From the NCBI GenBank assembly GCA_026982565.1, contig JALSGV010000074.1, forward strand, positions 331 to 64,330: DNA of 64,000 bases. Direction: 5' to 3'. Position numbers and translations under genes: made by a program. This DNA comes from Gammaproteobacteria bacterium (GTDB lineage: Bacteria > Pseudomonadota > Gammaproteobacteria > SZUA-140). This document shows, piece by piece, positions 43,439-56,491 of the stretch; position 1 is the stretch's first letter; every line of letters starts with the position of its first letter. The notes beneath the pieces are model-generated. The model made no database searches, had not been told where the DNA came from, and worked only from the letters and a program-made list of their open reading frames with translations.

Positions 43439-44011
43439 TCAAGCCCGGTTTCCATCATTGGCGCGGCGCGCCTGACAGGCGCGCCGCCCCCAGGTCCAGA
43501 CATAATCCACGCCACTCACCACTGTCGTACCCAGCACCACCAACACCAGCCAGTCCGTCAGCCATGACGGCAAGAACCCCAGCAGACTTTGTGACAAGAC
43601 AACGGCAAGCCCCAGAATGATCTGGGCAAAGGTATTCACCTTGCTGATCAGGCTGGGCTCCATTGCATACTTGCCGACGAGAAGAAAGTAAGCGGCGGCG
43701 CCGGCGACGATCAGGAGATCGCGCAAGATGACGGCCATCACCAGCCACAGGGGCAACAGCTCCAGCCACGCCAATGTAATATAGGTGCTCACCAGCAATA
43801 ACTTGTCTGCTAGAGGGTCCAGGACAGAACCAAGGCGGCTGACATAGTTATAACGCTTGGCTATATAGCCATCCAAGCCGTCCGAGATGCCAGCGACCGT
43901 ATAGAGTAACAAGGCGTAGGAGAATTCCTCATGGAGCAGCAGCGTGACAATGGGCACTACCAGGAGAATGCGCAGCAGCGTAATGATATTGGGTATTTCA
44001 GCGTAGTTCAC
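43439..44011 (-). CDS. CDP-alcohol phosphatidyltransferase family protein
   Basis: IPNIITLLR, DGLDGYIAK...LGSVLDPLADK. Confidence 0.9.
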   Translation of the reverse strand: MNYAEIPNIITLLRILLVVPIVTLLLHEEFSYALLLYTVAGISDGLDGYIAKRYNYVSRLGSVLDPLADKLLLVSTYITLAWLELLPLWLVMAVILRDLLIVAGAAAYFLLVGKYAMEPSLISKVNTFAQIILGLAVVLSQSLLGFLPSWLTDWLVLVVLGTTVVSGVDYVWTWGRRACQARRANDGNRA

Positions 44012-45114
44012 TGTAACAAGCGATAAGTGATGACCATACCGGGCTCATCGGCAGGGGGCGGCGGGCCAGCGTCCGGCGCCAGGGTGCCGCCAAAGGCGAT
44101 GGCCTGCCTCAAACCTGACTCATCCCCTCTGATTCTCAAGCGGAAGAATACATGATCCCCCTCCACCCGGGAGACCTGGAGACTGCTAACGGGATCGATG
44201 GATTCCAGATAATCCAGCACCCTGGCATAATCCTTCAGGGTATGGATGGCAGATACAGCAAGGATGCTCACCCGGTCAGCGCTCCCCCCCCCTCTTTGCG
44301 CGAAACGCAGGGCGAGACTGTCGGCCGTACTGTCGATACCCGCCGCCAGCACTGCGCTGGCTTCGCTTGCTGTCGCGGACCAGTACTGTGGTTCGGCATC
44401 GCTGTACAAAGTCCAGCGCGCCTCCCATTCACCACCCTGGCGATGGTACAGGCGCCCCACCAGGACTGCCTCGCTCTGGTAACGCCGCGAAGCCGCCAGA
44501 ATGCTGTCCTGAAAATTCCCCCACACATCCGTGAAATGCACAGCCGCCCGGTCCTCGAGATCCAACAGGGGAAAGAGCACGGGAATACCACGCCGCCGCG
44601 CCTCCAGGACAATTTCATCCTGAAGGGTCCTACCTGAATCGGAACCCACCATAAAACGGGATGTCTGATCCTGGACCGCCAGCCATATCAGGGTGGTGGG
44701 CCGGGCGCGCCCCCAGACAGGGTTGCCTGTATCGAACAGCAACTGGTTGACGGCCCTGGGATCGAAACTGATGCGTAATTCCAGGGTGGGTAATTCCACG
44801 TCTCCTGGTTCACCCCCCTGTCTGGGCAGTTTGTGATAGCGGTATTGCTGAACATACCTCAGGGTATCGGTAAAGGCGTCTTTCAGGGCAGCTTGCGATG
44901 GCGTATCGCGATCACCGCTCACCTTGACCAACACCTCGGCAAAGGCTTCTCGTATGGCGCGCCCCCGCTCCACGGGTCCCTGCCCCGAAACGGGCACGGC
45001 CACTTCATAGAGCGTGGTCACCTCCGCCGCGAAAAGGGTCGACGACAAGGCGCCCGCCCCGATCAGGCACATCGTCAGGCCAAGCCATCCAATCGATGCA
45101 AAACGTCGTTTCAT
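44008..45114 (-). CDS. DUF2066-family periplasmic protein
   Basis: Signal peptide, LYEVAVPV, VLVKVSG, PVWGRARP, RRGIP...PLLDLED; conserved position divergent from purM. Confidence 0.8.
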   Translation of the reverse strand: MKRRFASIGWLGLTMCLIGAGALSSTLFAAEVTTLYEVAVPVSGQGPVERGRAIREAFAEVLVKVSGDRDTPSQAALKDAFTDTLRYVQQYRYHKLPRQGGEPGDVELPTLELRISFDPRAVNQLLFDTGNPVWGRARPTTLIWLAVQDQTSRFMVGSDSGRTLQDEIVLEARRRGIPVLFPLLDLEDRAAVHFTDVWGNFQDSILAASRRYQSEAVLVGRLYHRQGGEWEARWTLYSDAEPQYWSATASEASAVLAAGIDSTADSLALRFAQRGGGSADRVSILAVSAIHTLKDYARVLDYLESIDPVSSLQVSRVEGDHVFFRLRIRGDESGLRQAIAFGGTLAPDAGPPPPADEPGMVITYRLLQ

Positions 45115-45280
45115 TATCCTGTTGACTTCATTTTGGCCCGTTTTTCCGTAAGCGGATTGTACCGCCTTCTTTGGCGCTTTGTCAGGTCCTGGAGGTTATT
45201 GAATGAGTCAAGGGGCTGTAAGCGCATCGGATTTACGTTAGAATGAGCACCCTTTTCACATAGTGCCGGCTTATCTGGAA

Positions 45281-46327
45281 ATGAAATCTGACCAAGACCC
45301 CCCTTTTCTCAGCTATCAGGACGCTGGCGTGGATATCGATGCCGGCAACAGGCTGGTGGACAGGATAAAGCCCATCGCACGGCGAACCACCCGCCCCGGC
45401 GTACTGGCGGGCCTGGGAGGATTTGGGGCCCTGTTCGAACTCCCCCTGGAACGCTACCGTCAGCCGGTGCTGGTCTCGGGCACCGACGGCGTCGGCACCA
45501 AGCTGAAACTGGCCATGGCATCGGGCCGGCATGACACCATCGGCATCGACCTGGTCGCCATGTGCGTGAACGACCTTATCGTGCAGGGCGCCGAACCCCT
45601 GTTCTTTCTCGATTATTTCTCCACCGGCCGCCTCGATGTCGACATGGCCGAGCAGGTCATCTCAGGGATTGGCCAGGGTTGTGAACTGGCCGGCGCCGCC
45701 CTGGTGGGGGGCGAGACCGCCGAGATGCCGGGCATGTACGAGGGCGATGAGTACGACCTGGCCGGGTTCTGTGTCGGCATCGTGGAGAAGGAGCGCCTTA
45801 TCGACGGCAGCCGCGTGAGCCCCGGCGACGCCTTGATCGCTCTCGCCTCCTCCGGCCCCCATTCCAATGGCTATTCGCTCATTCGCAAAATCATCGAGGT
45901 CAGCAGTGCGGATCTTCATCAACACCACGAAGACGGCACGCTGCTGGACGCCCTGATGGCGCCCACGCGCATCTACGTCAAACCCCTCCTGCAGCTGTTC
46001 GAGCATGTGCCAGTGAACGCCCTGGCCCACATCACGGGCGGAGGCGTCCTGGAGAACCTGCCCCGCGTACTGCCGACCCATTGCAAGGCCGTCATCGATG
46101 ATTGGCAGTGGCCCGCCATCTTCCACTGGCTGCAGGCGCAGGGCAAGGTGGCGCGGGAGGAAATGCTGCGCACCTTCAACTGTGGCGTGGGGATGATCCT
46201 CTGTGTCGGGCGCCAGGATGCGAAGCAGACACTGGATCGCCTGGAACGGCTCGGGGAAACCGCCTGGGAGATCGGCGCCATCGCTGAGCGCTCAAATGAT
46301 GAGGCCGCGGTTCAGATCCCCGCCTGA
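45281..46327 (+). CDS. purM: Phosphoribosylformylglycinamidine cyclo-ligase
   Basis: [47 protein letters not shown]. Confidence 0.98.
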   Translation: MKSDQDPPFLSYQDAGVDIDAGNRLVDRIKPIARRTTRPGVLAGLGGFGALFELPLERYRQPVLVSGTDGVGTKLKLAMASGRHDTIGIDLVAMCVNDLIVQGAEPLFFLDYFSTGRLDVDMAEQVISGIGQGCELAGAALVGGETAEMPGMYEGDEYDLAGFCVGIVEKERLIDGSRVSPGDALIALASSGPHSNGYSLIRKIIEVSSADLHQHHEDGTLLDALMAPTRIYVKPLLQLFEHVPVNALAHITGGGVLENLPRVLPTHCKAVIDDWQWPAIFHWLQAQGKVAREEMLRTFNCGVGMILCVGRQDAKQTLDRLERLGETAWEIGAIAERSNDEAAVQIPA

Positions 46328-46348
46328 CGCAGCACAGGGCATCGATCC

Positions 46349-47029
46349 ATGGCGACACCGCAGCGCAAACTGGACATTGTCGTCCTTGTCTCCGGCAATG
46401 GCGGCAATCTGCAAGCCATCATGGACGCCATCGCCGGGAAAGAGCTGCCCGCCACCATCCGCGCCGTCATCAGCAACAGGGAAGACGCCTATGGGCTGCG
46501 GCGGGCCGCGGCGGCCGGTATCCCGGTCGCGGTCGTCAATCACCGCGAGTTCCCCGACCGGCAGGCCTATGACCAGGCTCTGCGGGCGGTGATCGACCGC
46601 TACCATCCCGGCCTGGTGGTGCTCGCCGGCTTCATGAGAATCCTCACCCCAGGCTTCGTGGCCCACTACGCAGGCCGCATGTTGAACATCCACCCCTCCC
46701 TGCTGCCCGCTTTTACCGGCCTCAATACCCACCAGCGCGCCCTGGAGGCCGGTGTCAAGGAACATGGCGCCAGCATTCACTTCGTCACCGCTGATCTGGA
46801 CGCCGGGCCGGTGATCGTTCAGGCGCGTCTTCCTGTCACGCCCGCTGACACCGCCGAGACCCTGGCGTCAAGGGTCAAACTCCTGGAGCACCAGATCTAT
46901 CCCCTGGCCATTCGCTGGTTTGCGGAGGGCCGTGTGCGCCTGCAGGACGATCAGGTCATCTTCGATGACAAGCCACTGCGCGCTCCCCTGGATTATGCCC
47001 AAATAAGCGGCACGGTTTCCCCCTCATAG
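46349..47029 (+). CDS. purN: Phosphoribosylglycinamide formyltransferase
   Basis: LVSGNGGNLQA, LAGFMRIL, NIHPSLLP, DLDAGP. Confidence 0.97.
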   Translation: MATPQRKLDIVVLVSGNGGNLQAIMDAIAGKELPATIRAVISNREDAYGLRRAAAAGIPVAVVNHREFPDRQAYDQALRAVIDRYHPGLVVLAGFMRILTPGFVAHYAGRMLNIHPSLLPAFTGLNTHQRALEAGVKEHGASIHFVTADLDAGPVIVQARLPVTPADTAETLASRVKLLEHQIYPLAIRWFAEGRVRLQDDQVIFDDKPLRAPLDYAQISGTVSPS

Positions 47030-47042
47030 GCAGCGTACGGCT

Positions 47043-47609
47043 TCAGGCCCTGGGGAGGGTCACCCCCTGCTGCCCCTGATACTTCCCTCCCCGGTCACGG
47101 TAGGAGGTTTCACAGACCTCGTCGGACTCGAAAAACAGCACCTGGGCGACGCCCTCATTGGCGTAGATCTTGGCCGGCAGGGGCGTGGTGTTGGAAAACT
47201 CCAGGGTGACATGCCCCTCCCACTCGGGCTCCAGGGGGGTGACATTGACGATGATGCCGCAACGGGCATAAGTGGATTTGCCCAGGCAGATGGTGAGGAT
47301 GTTGCGCGGAATGCGGAAATACTCCACCGTGCGCGCCAGGGCGAAGGAATTGGGCGGGATGATACAGACATCGGATTTGATGTCCACGAAGCTGTTGGCG
47401 TCGAAATTCTTGGGATCGACGATGGCGGAGTTGATATTGGTGAAGATCTTGAAGTCCTCCGCACAACGGATGTCGTAGCCATAGCTGGATGTCCCGTAGG
47501 AAATCACCCGGTCATCCTCGCGACTCCTGATCTGGCCCGCCTCGAAAGGCTCGATCATGCCATGCTCCAGCGCCATGCGGCGTATCCAGCGGTCTGATTT
47601 AATGCTCAT
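47043..47609 (-). CDS. dcd: dCTP deaminase
   Basis: [35 protein letters not shown]. Confidence 0.97.
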   Translation of the reverse strand: MSIKSDRWIRRMALEHGMIEPFEAGQIRSREDDRVISYGTSSYGYDIRCAEDFKIFTNINSAIVDPKNFDANSFVDIKSDVCIIPPNSFALARTVEYFRIPRNILTICLGKSTYARCGIIVNVTPLEPEWEGHVTLEFSNTTPLPAKIYANEGVAQVLFFESDEVCETSYRDRGGKYQGQQGVTLPRA

Positions 47610-47670
47610 TGGTTTTTCGTGTTTTCTCTTCGTGTTCTTCGCGCCAACCCGGCAGCCTCCCAGCCTGCCT

Positions 47671-48762
47671 TCAGGTATTCTGTATGACGATCTCCGGAAA
47701 ACGCGCGCTGTAGTCCTTGGCCTGGAGCGCCAGCCTGGCCGCCAGTTTGCGCGCGATCTCCCGATAGGCCTGCGCCACCGAACTGTCCGGCTTGGCGATC
47801 ACCGTGGGATTCCCATCATCCACGTCCTTGCGGATCTGCAGATCGAGGGGCAGTGCGCCCAGCAGTTCAATACCATATTCCCCGGCCATGCGCTGTCCGC
47901 CCCCGGCGCCGAAAACAGGTTCCTCGTGCCCGCACTGACTGCAGACATGGGTGCTCATGTTCTCGATCACGCCCAGCACCGGCACCTCAACCTTTTCGAA
48001 CATCTTCACCGCCTTGCGCGCGTCCAGCAGGGCGATATCCTGGGGAGTGGTGACGATCACGGCGCCACTGACGGGGATCTTCTGCGCCAGGGTCAGTTGC
48101 GTATCGCCGGTACCCGGCGGCAGATCGATCACCAGATAATCCATTTCCCTCCAGTTGGTATCTCCCAGAAGCTGCTGCAGCGCGGCCGTCACCATGGGAC
48201 CGCGCCAGATCATGGGGGTCTCGTCGTCCACCAGGTAACCGATGGACATGGTCTGCAGGCCATGACTGACGATGGGCTCCATGGACTTGCCATCACGGGA
48301 CTCGGGCTTGCCGCGGCATCCCAGCATGCGCGGCTGGCTGGGCCCGTAGATATCCGCATCCAGCAGCCCCACCCGGGCGCCCTCGGCCGACAGCGCCAGG
48401 GCCAGATTGACTGCCGTGGTCGATTTACCCACACCGCCCTTGCCTGAAGCCACGGCAATGATGTTCTTTATGTTGGGTAAAGGCTTGATGCCTTTCTGCA
48501 CGGCGTGGGCGATCACATCATGGCTTACGGACACAGTCAGGCTTGCCATCCCCTCCATGGCGGACAGGGCGTCTCTCACCTCGCGCTCCACTTGGGCAGC
48601 CACACCGGCGGATGGATAGCCGAGGACGATCTTCAGGGACACCCGGCCGTCCTCGACGGACAGATCCTTGATTGCACCGGCCGCAACCAGATCCTGCCGC
48701 AGATAGGGATCCTGGCAGGTTTTCAAGGCGGCTTCGATTTGCTCGCGTGAGATATTACCCAT
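47671..48762 (-). CDS. apbC: Fe-S cluster carrier ApbC/Mrp
   Basis: [35 protein letters not shown]. Confidence 0.96.
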   Translation of the reverse strand: MGNISREQIEAALKTCQDPYLRQDLVAAGAIKDLSVEDGRVSLKIVLGYPSAGVAAQVEREVRDALSAMEGMASLTVSVSHDVIAHAVQKGIKPLPNIKNIIAVASGKGGVGKSTTAVNLALALSAEGARVGLLDADIYGPSQPRMLGCRGKPESRDGKSMEPIVSHGLQTMSIGYLVDDETPMIWRGPMVTAALQQLLGDTNWREMDYLVIDLPPGTGDTQLTLAQKIPVSGAVIVTTPQDIALLDARKAVKMFEKVEVPVLGVIENMSTHVCSQCGHEEPVFGAGGGQRMAGEYGIELLGALPLDLQIRKDVDDGNPTVIAKPDSSVAQAYREIARKLAARLALQAKDYSARFPEIVIQNT

Positions 48763-49014
48763 GTATGACTTCCTCTGAATGCACTTTGAATACGTTAGCA
48801 TATTCCGCGGGCGGCAAGTGTAACCTGTATTCAGCGCGAGTTACACCCGGCATTCTTGCCCTGCCACGGGGAAGATGTATAACTGTCTAACACCAGGGGA
48901 TTAAACGGGCGTTCAAGAATGCATCGAATACGCTATAATGAATAGTTTTACTTATGCCTTAGATCCAGGGTTCTGGTTATTCAGGCCTTGGCGCGGGCCC
49001 CGCGAAGAACAGCG

Positions 49015-51099
49015 ATGACAACGACAGCCAACAAGAGAAAAATCCTGGTTACCAGCGCCTTGCCCTATGCCAACGGCGCCATCCACATCGGTCACCTCGT
49101 GGAATACATCCAGACGGACATCTGGGTGAGGCACCAGAAGATGAGCGGCCACGAGTGCTATTATATCTGCGCCGACGACACCCATGGCACGCCCGTCATG
49201 CTGCGCGCCGAGCAGGAGGGCGTCACGCCCGAGACCCTCATCGAGCGCATGCACGGCGAACACCTGCGCGACTTCAACGATTTTCACATCGCCTTCGACA
49301 ACTATTATTCCACCAATTCGCCGGAAAACCGCGAGCTGGCCCAGGGGATCTATTCCCGCCTCAAGGAAGACGGTTTCATCGATATCCGCCCCATCGAGCA
49401 GTTCTACGACCCGCTCAAGGAGATGTTTCTCCCCGACCGCTACATCAAGGGAGAATGCCCCCGCTGCCATGCCGGGGACCAGTATGGCGACGCCTGCGAG
49501 GCCTGTGGCGCCACCTACAGCCCCACCGAACTGATCGACCCTGTTTCCGTCGTCTCCGGCGCCACGCCCATCAAAAAACAGTCGGATCACCATTTCTTCA
49601 AGCTCAGCCAGTGCCGCGCCTTCCTGGAAGAATGGACGCGCCATGGCGGTTCCGCGGATGGCGCCCCTCCCCTGCAGAAAGAAGCCGCCAACAAGCTGGA
49701 AGAATGGTTCGAGGCGGGCCTGCGCGACTGGGATATTTCCCGTGACGCGCCTTACTTCGGATTCGAGATACCCGGGGCGGAAGGCAAATACCTCTATGTG
49801 TGGCTGGACGCGCCCATCGGCTACATGGCCAGTTTCAAGAACCTCTGCGAGCGCAAGGCCCTGGATTTCGATGCCTGGTGGCGTCCTGGCAGCGAGGCGG
49901 AACTGTACCATTTCATCGGCAAGGACATTCTCTATTTCCACGCCTTGTTCTGGCCCGCCACGCTGCATTTCTCGGGCTACCGCACCCCGAGCAAGATCTT
50001 CGTGCATGGTTTCCTCACCGTCAATGGCCAGAAGATGTCCAAGTCCCGCGGCACTTTCATCAATGCGCGCACCTGGCTCAAGCATCTCGACCCGGAATAC
50101 CTGCGCTATTATTTCGCCGCCAAGCTCAATGACCGCATCGAGGACCTGGATCTCAACCTGGACGACTTCACCGCGCGCGTCAACAGCGACCTGATCGGCA
50201 AATACATCAACATCGCCAGCCGCTCCGCCGGCTTCATCAGGAAATCCTTCGGCGGCCGCCTGGCGGCGCCAGACAATGGCCGGGACCGGGCCATCCTCGA
50301 TACCCTGCTGGAGGCGACCGCCACGATCCAGCAGCACTATGAGGCGCGCCGCTACAGCGAGGCCGTGCGTCTCATCATGGACCTGGCCGACCAGGCCAAT
50401 GCCTATATCAACGAACACGAACCCTGGAAGACCATCAAGGAACCTGACTTGCAGCGCCGCACGCACCAGGTATGCTCCACAGGCATCAATCTGTTCCGCC
50501 TGCTGACCCTGTTTCTGAAGCCCATCCTGCCGCAACTCGCCCAGCAGGTGGAGGATTTTCTCAATATCCCGCCCCTGCAATGGCGTGATGCGCAGACCCT
50601 TCCGGCTGGGCATGAGATCAAGCCCTATCGTCACCTGGCCAAACGCATCGAGGCGCGGCAGACCGATGCCTTGCTGGAAGACAGTCGCGAATCCATTGCC
50701 AGCGCGCCACCCGAGGCGCATTCCCCCACCCGCCATGGGGAAACCCAGCAACACGTTCCCCCGCCCATTGCGGAGACCATCACCATCGACGACTTTGCCA
50801 AGATCGACCTGCGTATCGCCCGCATCGTAGCGGCGGAACACGTGGAGGGCGCCGACAAACTGCTGCGGCTCACACTGGACCTGGGTGAAGAAAAAAGGAA
50901 TGTTTTTGCCGGAATCAAGTCCAAGTACAAACCGGAAGAACTCATCGGCCGGCACACGGTCATGGTGGCCAACCTGGCGCCGCGCAAAATGCGCTTCGGC
51001 GTATCAGAAGGCATGGTGCTGGCGGCCGGGCCGGGGGGCAAGGACCTGTGGCTGCTGCAACCCGACGAAGGCGCGCGGGCCGGCATGCGGGTCAAGTAA
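49015..51099 (+). CDS. metG: Methionine--tRNA ligase
   Basis: HIGH, zinc knuckle CPRC/CEAC, KMSKS, C-terminal tRNA-binding domain. Confidence 0.98.
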   Translation: MTTTANKRKILVTSALPYANGAIHIGHLVEYIQTDIWVRHQKMSGHECYYICADDTHGTPVMLRAEQEGVTPETLIERMHGEHLRDFNDFHIAFDNYYSTNSPENRELAQGIYSRLKEDGFIDIRPIEQFYDPLKEMFLPDRYIKGECPRCHAGDQYGDACEACGATYSPTELIDPVSVVSGATPIKKQSDHHFFKLSQCRAFLEEWTRHGGSADGAPPLQKEAANKLEEWFEAGLRDWDISRDAPYFGFEIPGAEGKYLYVWLDAPIGYMASFKNLCERKALDFDAWWRPGSEAELYHFIGKDILYFHALFWPATLHFSGYRTPSKIFVHGFLTVNGQKMSKSRGTFINARTWLKHLDPEYLRYYFAAKLNDRIEDLDLNLDDFTARVNSDLIGKYINIASRSAGFIRKSFGGRLAAPDNGRDRAILDTLLEATATIQQHYEARRYSEAVRLIMDLADQANAYINEHEPWKTIKEPDLQRRTHQVCSTGINLFRLLTLFLKPILPQLAQQVEDFLNIPPLQWRDAQTLPAGHEIKPYRHLAKRIEARQTDALLEDSRESIASAPPEAHSPTRHGETQQHVPPPIAETITIDDFAKIDLRIARIVAAEHVEGADKLLRLTLDLGEEKRNVFAGIKSKYKPEELIGRHTVMVANLAPRKMRFGVSEGMVLAAGPGGKDLWLLQPDEGARAGMRVK

Positions 51100-51216
51100 A
51101 ACCGGGCGCCTGCATGACGACATGATGAACATTCAATGAGAGCTGCCGTTACCAAGATGAACATCGCTATTACTGACAACAACCATGGCGGGCTGCGCGC
51201 CCTCTGAACCACCCCT

Positions 51217-51798
51217 ATGACTGAATACCTGCTGGTCCTGGTGAGCACCGTCCTGGTCAACAACTTCGTACTGACCAAGTTTCTTGGACTGTGCCCCTTC
51301 ATGGGCGTCTCGCGCAAGCTGGAGACAGCCACGGGCATGGCGCTGGCCACCACCTTCGTACTGACCCTCTCCTCCGTGGCCAGTTACCTGGCCAACACCT
51401 ACCTGCTGGCGCCTCTGGGCCTGGAGTACCTGCGCACCATCACTTTCATCCTGGTCATCGCCGCGGTGGTGCAATTCACGGAAATGGTGATCCACAAGAC
51501 CAGCCCCCTGCTCTACCAGGTGCTGGGCATTTTCCTGCCCCTTATCACCACCAACTGTGCCGTGTTGGGCGTGGCCCTGCTGATCGTGCAACAAGAGACC
51601 GGCTTTCTTTATGCCGCCCTGTATGGCTTCGGCGCCGCCGCCGGTTTTTCCATGGTATTGATCCTGTTTGCCGCCATGCGCGAACGCATTACCGTGGCCG
51701 ATGTCCCCGTCCCGTTCCGCGGCCCGGCCATCGCCCTGGTGACGGCGGGCCTGATGTCACTGGCGTTCATGGGCTTCTCGGGCCTGGTAAAAGGTTAG
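51217..51798 (+). CDS. rnfA: Rnf/Rsx complex subunit A
   Basis: [28 protein letters not shown]. Confidence 0.96.
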   Translation: MTEYLLVLVSTVLVNNFVLTKFLGLCPFMGVSRKLETATGMALATTFVLTLSSVASYLANTYLLAPLGLEYLRTITFILVIAAVVQFTEMVIHKTSPLLYQVLGIFLPLITTNCAVLGVALLIVQQETGFLYAALYGFGAAAGFSMVLILFAAMRERITVADVPVPFRGPAIALVTAGLMSLAFMGFSGLVKG

Positions 51799-51802
51799 TC
51801 TC

Positions 51803-52354
51803 ATGCTGGCCGCGATCATGGTATTAAGCGCCCTGGCCGTCATCTTCGGCCTGTTGCTGGGCTTCGCCGCCGTCCGCTTCAAGGTGGAAGGGGATCCCCT
51901 GGTGGACAAGATCGACGCCCAACTGCCTCAGACCCAGTGCGGCCAGTGCAGCTATCCCGGCTGCCGTCCCTATGCCGAGGCCATCGCCAAGGGCGAGGCG
52001 GACATCAATCAGTGCCCGCCGGGCGGCGAAACCACCATCATGGCCCTCGCCGACCTGCTGGACCGCGACCCCAAACCGCTCAACCCGGAGAATGGCGTGC
52101 CCCAGGAAAAGACCGTCGCCGTCATCGACGAGAGCCGTTGCATTGGCTGCACCCTGTGCATACAGGCCTGCCCCGTGGATGCCATCCTCGGGGCCGCCAA
52201 GCACATGCATACGGTGATCGCCAGTGAATGCACGGGCTGCGATCTGTGCGTCGAACCCTGCCCCGTCGACTGCATCGACATGGCGCCCATCGAACAGGAC
52301 ATTCTGACCTGGAAATGGCCTTACCCTGAGAACCGACTGGAGAAGGCCTCGTGA
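51803..52354 (+). CDS. rnfB: Rnf/Rsx complex subunit B
   Basis: [14 protein letters not shown], two ferredoxin CxxCxxCxxxCP motifs. Confidence 0.96.
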   Translation: MLAAIMVLSALAVIFGLLLGFAAVRFKVEGDPLVDKIDAQLPQTQCGQCSYPGCRPYAEAIAKGEADINQCPPGGETTIMALADLLDRDPKPLNPENGVPQEKTVAVIDESRCIGCTLCIQACPVDAILGAAKHMHTVIASECTGCDLCVEPCPVDCIDMAPIEQDILTWKWPYPENRLEKAS

Positions 52355-54006
52355 GCCGGGAAACCGGCGCCACACGCCGCCTGTGGAAATTCCACGGCGG
52401 CGTCCATCCCCCGCAGCACAAGGAAATCTCCACCACGCTGCCGGTGAGTGCGGCGCGCATGCCCGCGCGCCTTGTGCTCCCCCTGCACCAGCACATTGGC
52501 GAGCCTGCGGAGCCCACCGTCGCAAAAGGGGAAAAAGTATTGAAGGGGCAGATGATCGCACGCCCGCAGGGCTACGTCAGCGCCCCCGTCCATGCCCCCA
52601 CCTCCGGCACCATCGCCGATATCGGAGACTATCCGGTCCCCCACCCCTCCGGGCTGAGCGCCGCCTGCATGGTCATCGAGCCCGACGGCGAAGAGTGCTG
52701 GATGGAACGCCAGCCCATAGAAGACTATACGACCCTCCCTCCCAGCGAACTGCGCAACCTGATCCGCGAGGCGGGCATCGTCGGCCTGGGCGGCGCCGGT
52801 TTTCCCGCCTACATCAAGTACAACCCCGGCCATCAAAAGGCCATTCAGACCCTGATCCTCAACGGCGTGGAGTGCGAGCCCTTCATCACCTGTGACGACA
52901 TGCTGATGCGCGAGGCGCCCGGGGACATCATCGGCGGTCTGCGCGTCATCCAGCATGCCCTGCAGGCCCGGGAGTGCCTCATCGCCATCGAGGACAACAA
53001 ACCGCAGGCCATTGCCGCCTTGCGCCAGGCCGTGGCCGGATATGATGACATCGAGGTCGTGGAGGTGCCCACCCTGTACCCCCAGGGCAGTGAAAAACAA
53101 TTGATCAAGGTGCTGACGGGCAAGGAAGTGCCGGCCGACGGCCTGGCGCTGAACATCGGCGTGGTGTGCGCCAACGTGGGCACGGCCGCCGCCGTGCATC
53201 GCGCCATCAATCGCGGCGAACCACTCATATCCCGTTACGTCACCATCACGGGCAGCGCCGTGGGCGCGCCACGCAACCTGGATGTGCTGCTGGGCACCCC
53301 CATGCGCGATCTCATCGAGGAGTGCGATGGCGACCTCGGCCGCATCGAGCGCCTCATCATGGGCGGCCCCATGATGGGCTTCGCCCTGCATCGCCACGAC
53401 CTGCCGGTCATCAAGACCACCAATTGCATTCTGGCGGCAACGGCCAAGGACCTGCCGCCCCAACGCCCGGAGCTGCCATGCATACGCTGCGGCGCCTGTG
53501 CCGACGTATGCCCGGTCAATCTGCTGCCGCAACAGCTCTACTGGTACAGCAAGCACCACAATCTCGACAAGGTGCAGGAATATGACCTGTTCGACTGCAT
53601 CGAATGCGGCTGCTGTTCCTATGTGTGCCCCAGCAACATTCCCCTGGTGCAGTATTTCCGTTATGCAAAAGGCGATATCTGGACCCAGGAGCGGGAGAAG
53701 GAAAAATCGGATATCGCGCGCCGCCGCCATGAATTCCGCCAACTCCGGATCGAGCGCGAAAAGGCGGAGCGCCTGGCCAAACGCAACAGGAAAAAGTCCG
53801 CCCTCAAGGCAGATACCGCCATGGCGGAGAGAGACAAGAAAAAGGCGGAAATTCAGGCGGCAATCGCCCGCACCCAGGCCCGCCGCCAGGCGGCCATGAA
53901 AGAAGCCGAAAAACGCCGCAAATCCTTTGGCAAGGAAGCGCGCGGCCCCATGGACGAAACGCCCCAACAACCGGATAATGCATCCGATAACGAACGAAAA
54001 GAATAA
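52351..54006 (+). CDS. rnfC: Rnf/Rsx complex subunit C
   Basis: [36 protein letters not shown]. Confidence 0.96.
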   Translation: MSRETGATRRLWKFHGGVHPPQHKEISTTLPVSAARMPARLVLPLHQHIGEPAEPTVAKGEKVLKGQMIARPQGYVSAPVHAPTSGTIADIGDYPVPHPSGLSAACMVIEPDGEECWMERQPIEDYTTLPPSELRNLIREAGIVGLGGAGFPAYIKYNPGHQKAIQTLILNGVECEPFITCDDMLMREAPGDIIGGLRVIQHALQARECLIAIEDNKPQAIAALRQAVAGYDDIEVVEVPTLYPQGSEKQLIKVLTGKEVPADGLALNIGVVCANVGTAAAVHRAINRGEPLISRYVTITGSAVGAPRNLDVLLGTPMRDLIEECDGDLGRIERLIMGGPMMGFALHRHDLPVIKTTNCILAATAKDLPPQRPELPCIRCGACADVCPVNLLPQQLYWYSKHHNLDKVQEYDLFDCIECGCCSYVCPSNIPLVQYFRYAKGDIWTQEREKEKSDIARRRHEFRQLRIEREKAERLAKRNRKKSALKADTAMAERDKKKAEIQAAIARTQARRQAAMKEAEKRRKSFGKEARGPMDETPQQPDNASDNERKE

Positions 54007-54059
54007 ATGCGATTCTTCAATGAGCCTCTGAACGCCGCCCACGGGACGACCATGACGCC

Positions 54060-55136
54060 ATGACCTTGCCTCCTCCCACATCACCGCACGCCCAGGCGGC
54101 AAGCTCTGTCACGCGCACCATGCTGCGCGTCATGATTGCCCTGATTCCCGGGCTCGCCGCCTACATCTGGTTCTTCGGCTGGGGCATCACTGTCAATATC
54201 GCCTTTGCCGTAACCGTTGCTGTCGCTGCAGAGGCCGTCATGCTGTCGCTGCGCAAGCGCCCCATCCTGCCTTTTCTCAGCGACTGCAGCGCCATCGTCA
54301 CCGCCATCCTGCTCGCCTTCGCCATTCCGCCCCTGGCGCCCTGGTGGGTCACTTTTATCGGCGTCCTGTTTGCCATCATCATCGCCAAGCACCTCTATGG
54401 CGGCCTGGGATACAATCCTTTCAATCCCGCCATGGTGGGCTACGTCGTACTGCTGATCTCTTTCCCCCGGGAGATGACCAGCTGGATTCCCACACTCAAC
54501 TTTTTACCTCAAGAACTCAGTTTCGCGCAACACGCCGCCTTCATCTTCACCGGACAACTGCCCGCGGGGCTGACCATCGACGCATTGACCGAGGCCACCC
54601 CCCTTGACACCCTCAAGACCAACCTGGGGCTGGGCAACACCGTCAGCGAGATCAAATCCCAGCTCGGACTGGACGAGGCCACCAGCATGCTGTTGAGCGT
54701 CATTCCCATCTTCGGCCTCTTTGGCGGCAAGGGCTGGGAATGGATCAACGTGGGCTTCCTGCTGGGCGGCCTGTGGCTGATTTACAAGAAGGTCATCGGC
54801 TGGCAGATTCCGGTTGCCCTGCTGGGTTCGCTGAGCGCCATGTCGGTCCTGTTCTATATTTTCAATCCGGACCAGTATGCCTCGCCGGCCTTTCACCTCT
54901 TCAGCGGCGCCACCATGCTCGCGGCCTTCTTCATCGCCACGGATCCGGTGACGGCGGCCACCAGCCCCACCGGGCGCCTGATTTATGGTGCGGGCATCGG
55001 CATCCTCATGTATATCATCCGCGCCTGGGGCGGCTATCCCGACAGTGTGGCCTTTGCCGTGCTGTTGATGAACATGACGGTTCCCATTATCGACTATTAC
55101 TTCAAGCCCCGCGTCTTCGGACGTAATGGAGACTAG
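54060..55136 (+). CDS. rnfD: Rnf/Rsx complex subunit D
   Basis: KHLYGGLGYNPFNPA, ATPL FMN site, FFIATDPVT, GGYPD. Confidence 0.96.
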   Translation: MTLPPPTSPHAQAASSVTRTMLRVMIALIPGLAAYIWFFGWGITVNIAFAVTVAVAAEAVMLSLRKRPILPFLSDCSAIVTAILLAFAIPPLAPWWVTFIGVLFAIIIAKHLYGGLGYNPFNPAMVGYVVLLISFPREMTSWIPTLNFLPQELSFAQHAAFIFTGQLPAGLTIDALTEATPLDTLKTNLGLGNTVSEIKSQLGLDEATSMLLSVIPIFGLFGGKGWEWINVGFLLGGLWLIYKKVIGWQIPVALLGSLSAMSVLFYIFNPDQYASPAFHLFSGATMLAAFFIATDPVTAATSPTGRLIYGAGIGILMYIIRAWGGYPDSVAFAVLLMNMTVPIIDYYFKPRVFGRNGD

Positions 55137-55794
55137 CGTGGTGCTGATCCGCCACATGCTCGTCACGGCCCTCCTGTTGGGTGTATTCGCAGTGCTGGGT
55201 ACGGGCATGGTGGCGCTGACCCATCACAATACAGAAGAACGTATCGAACAGAATGAGCGTGACTATCTGCAGCGCACCCTGAATACCCTGATACCACCTT
55301 CTGAGTATGACAATGTGCTCTATGAGGACACGATCACCGTGGAGTCCCGCGAACTGCTGGGATCCAAAAAACCCGTCGTCATCTATCGCGCGCGCAAGAA
55401 CGGCAAACCCGTGGCGGCCATTCTCACCCCCGTCGCCCCCGACGGCTACAGCGGCAACATCAAACTGTTGGTGGCCATTCGCCACAATGGCGAAATCATG
55501 GGGGTGCGCGTGGTCTCCCACCTGGAAACCCCCGGCCTGGGTGATGGCATCGATATCGCCAAATCGGACTGGATCAAGAGCTTCAATGGCCATTCCCTGG
55601 ACAACCCGGATGAACTGGGCTGGCGCGTGGAGAAGGACGGCGGCATCTTCGATCAGTTCACCGGCGCCACCATTTCACCGCGCGCGGTGGTCAAGGCCGT
55701 CTATAACAGTCTAAAATATTACCAGCAGCACCGGGACGAGATCTTCGGCCTTCCCGAGCAACCACAAAAGGAACCATCCCATGGCGCAGCATGA
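55126..55794 (+). CDS. rnfG: Rnf/Rsx complex subunit G
   Basis: [31 protein letters not shown]. Confidence 0.96.
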   Translation: METSVVLIRHMLVTALLLGVFAVLGTGMVALTHHNTEERIEQNERDYLQRTLNTLIPPSEYDNVLYEDTITVESRELLGSKKPVVIYRARKNGKPVAAILTPVAPDGYSGNIKLLVAIRHNGEIMGVRVVSHLETPGLGDGIDIAKSDWIKSFNGHSLDNPDELGWRVEKDGGIFDQFTGATISPRAVVKAVYNSLKYYQQHRDEIFGLPEQPQKEPSHGAA

Positions 55795-56476
55795 CTATTC
55801 CGAGATCACCCGGCAGGGGCTGTGGAAAAACAACCCAGCCCTGGTGCAGATACTTGGCCTGTGCCCCCTGCTGGCCGTCACCAGCACGGTCGTCAACGGC
55901 CTTGCCCTGGGCCTCGCCACCCTGCTGACCCTGATCCTTTCCAATGTGACGGTCTCCCTGATACGCCATTATGTCTCGCCGGAGATCCGTATTCCCGTAT
56001 TCGTCCTGGTCATCGCCTCAATCGTGACGGTCATCGAACTGGCCATGCACGCCTATTTCCACGAACTCTACCTGATCCTCGGCATATTCATCCCCCTCAT
56101 CGTCACCAATTGCAGCATCATTGCCCGCGCCGAGGCCTACGCCTCGAAGAACCCCGTCGGCCCGGCCTTCGTCGACGGCCTGATGATGGGGATAGGCTTT
56201 GCCGCCGTACTCATCGTGCTGGGCGGAATGCGTGAAGTCCTGGGCCAGGGCACCCTGTTTGCCAACGCCCACCTGCTGCTGGGCGAAATGGCGCGCGGAT
56301 TCGAGGTCATCGTTATCGAGGACTACCGGGGATTTCTCCTCGCCATTCTGCCGCCCGGCGCCTTTATCGGCCTGGGACTGCTGATCGCCCTCAAGAACGT
56401 CATCGACAGCCGCCAGGAGAAACGGCTACAGACGGCGCCCGCCGTATCCACCGAGGCCACGGCAGGCACCGCCTGA
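55781..56476 (+). CDS. rnfE: Rnf/Rsx complex subunit E
   Basis: [35 protein letters not shown]. Confidence 0.96.
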   Translation: MAQHDYSEITRQGLWKNNPALVQILGLCPLLAVTSTVVNGLALGLATLLTLILSNVTVSLIRHYVSPEIRIPVFVLVIASIVTVIELAMHAYFHELYLILGIFIPLIVTNCSIIARAEAYASKNPVGPAFVDGLMMGIGFAAVLIVLGGMREVLGQGTLFANAHLLLGEMARGFEVIVIEDYRGFLLAILPPGAFIGLGLLIALKNVIDSRQEKRLQTAPAVSTEATAGTA

Positions 56477-56491
56477 CGGAACCAGTTCGAC

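Noticed and set aside
48818-48846. GTGTAAC-N15-GTTACAC inverted repeat between apbC and metG
   Set aside because: Only 7-bp arms, single occurrence, and no recognisable regulator motif.
53680-54006. Highly charged RnfC C-terminal tail
   Set aside because: Charged or repetitive tails are usual for gammaproteobacterial RnfC.
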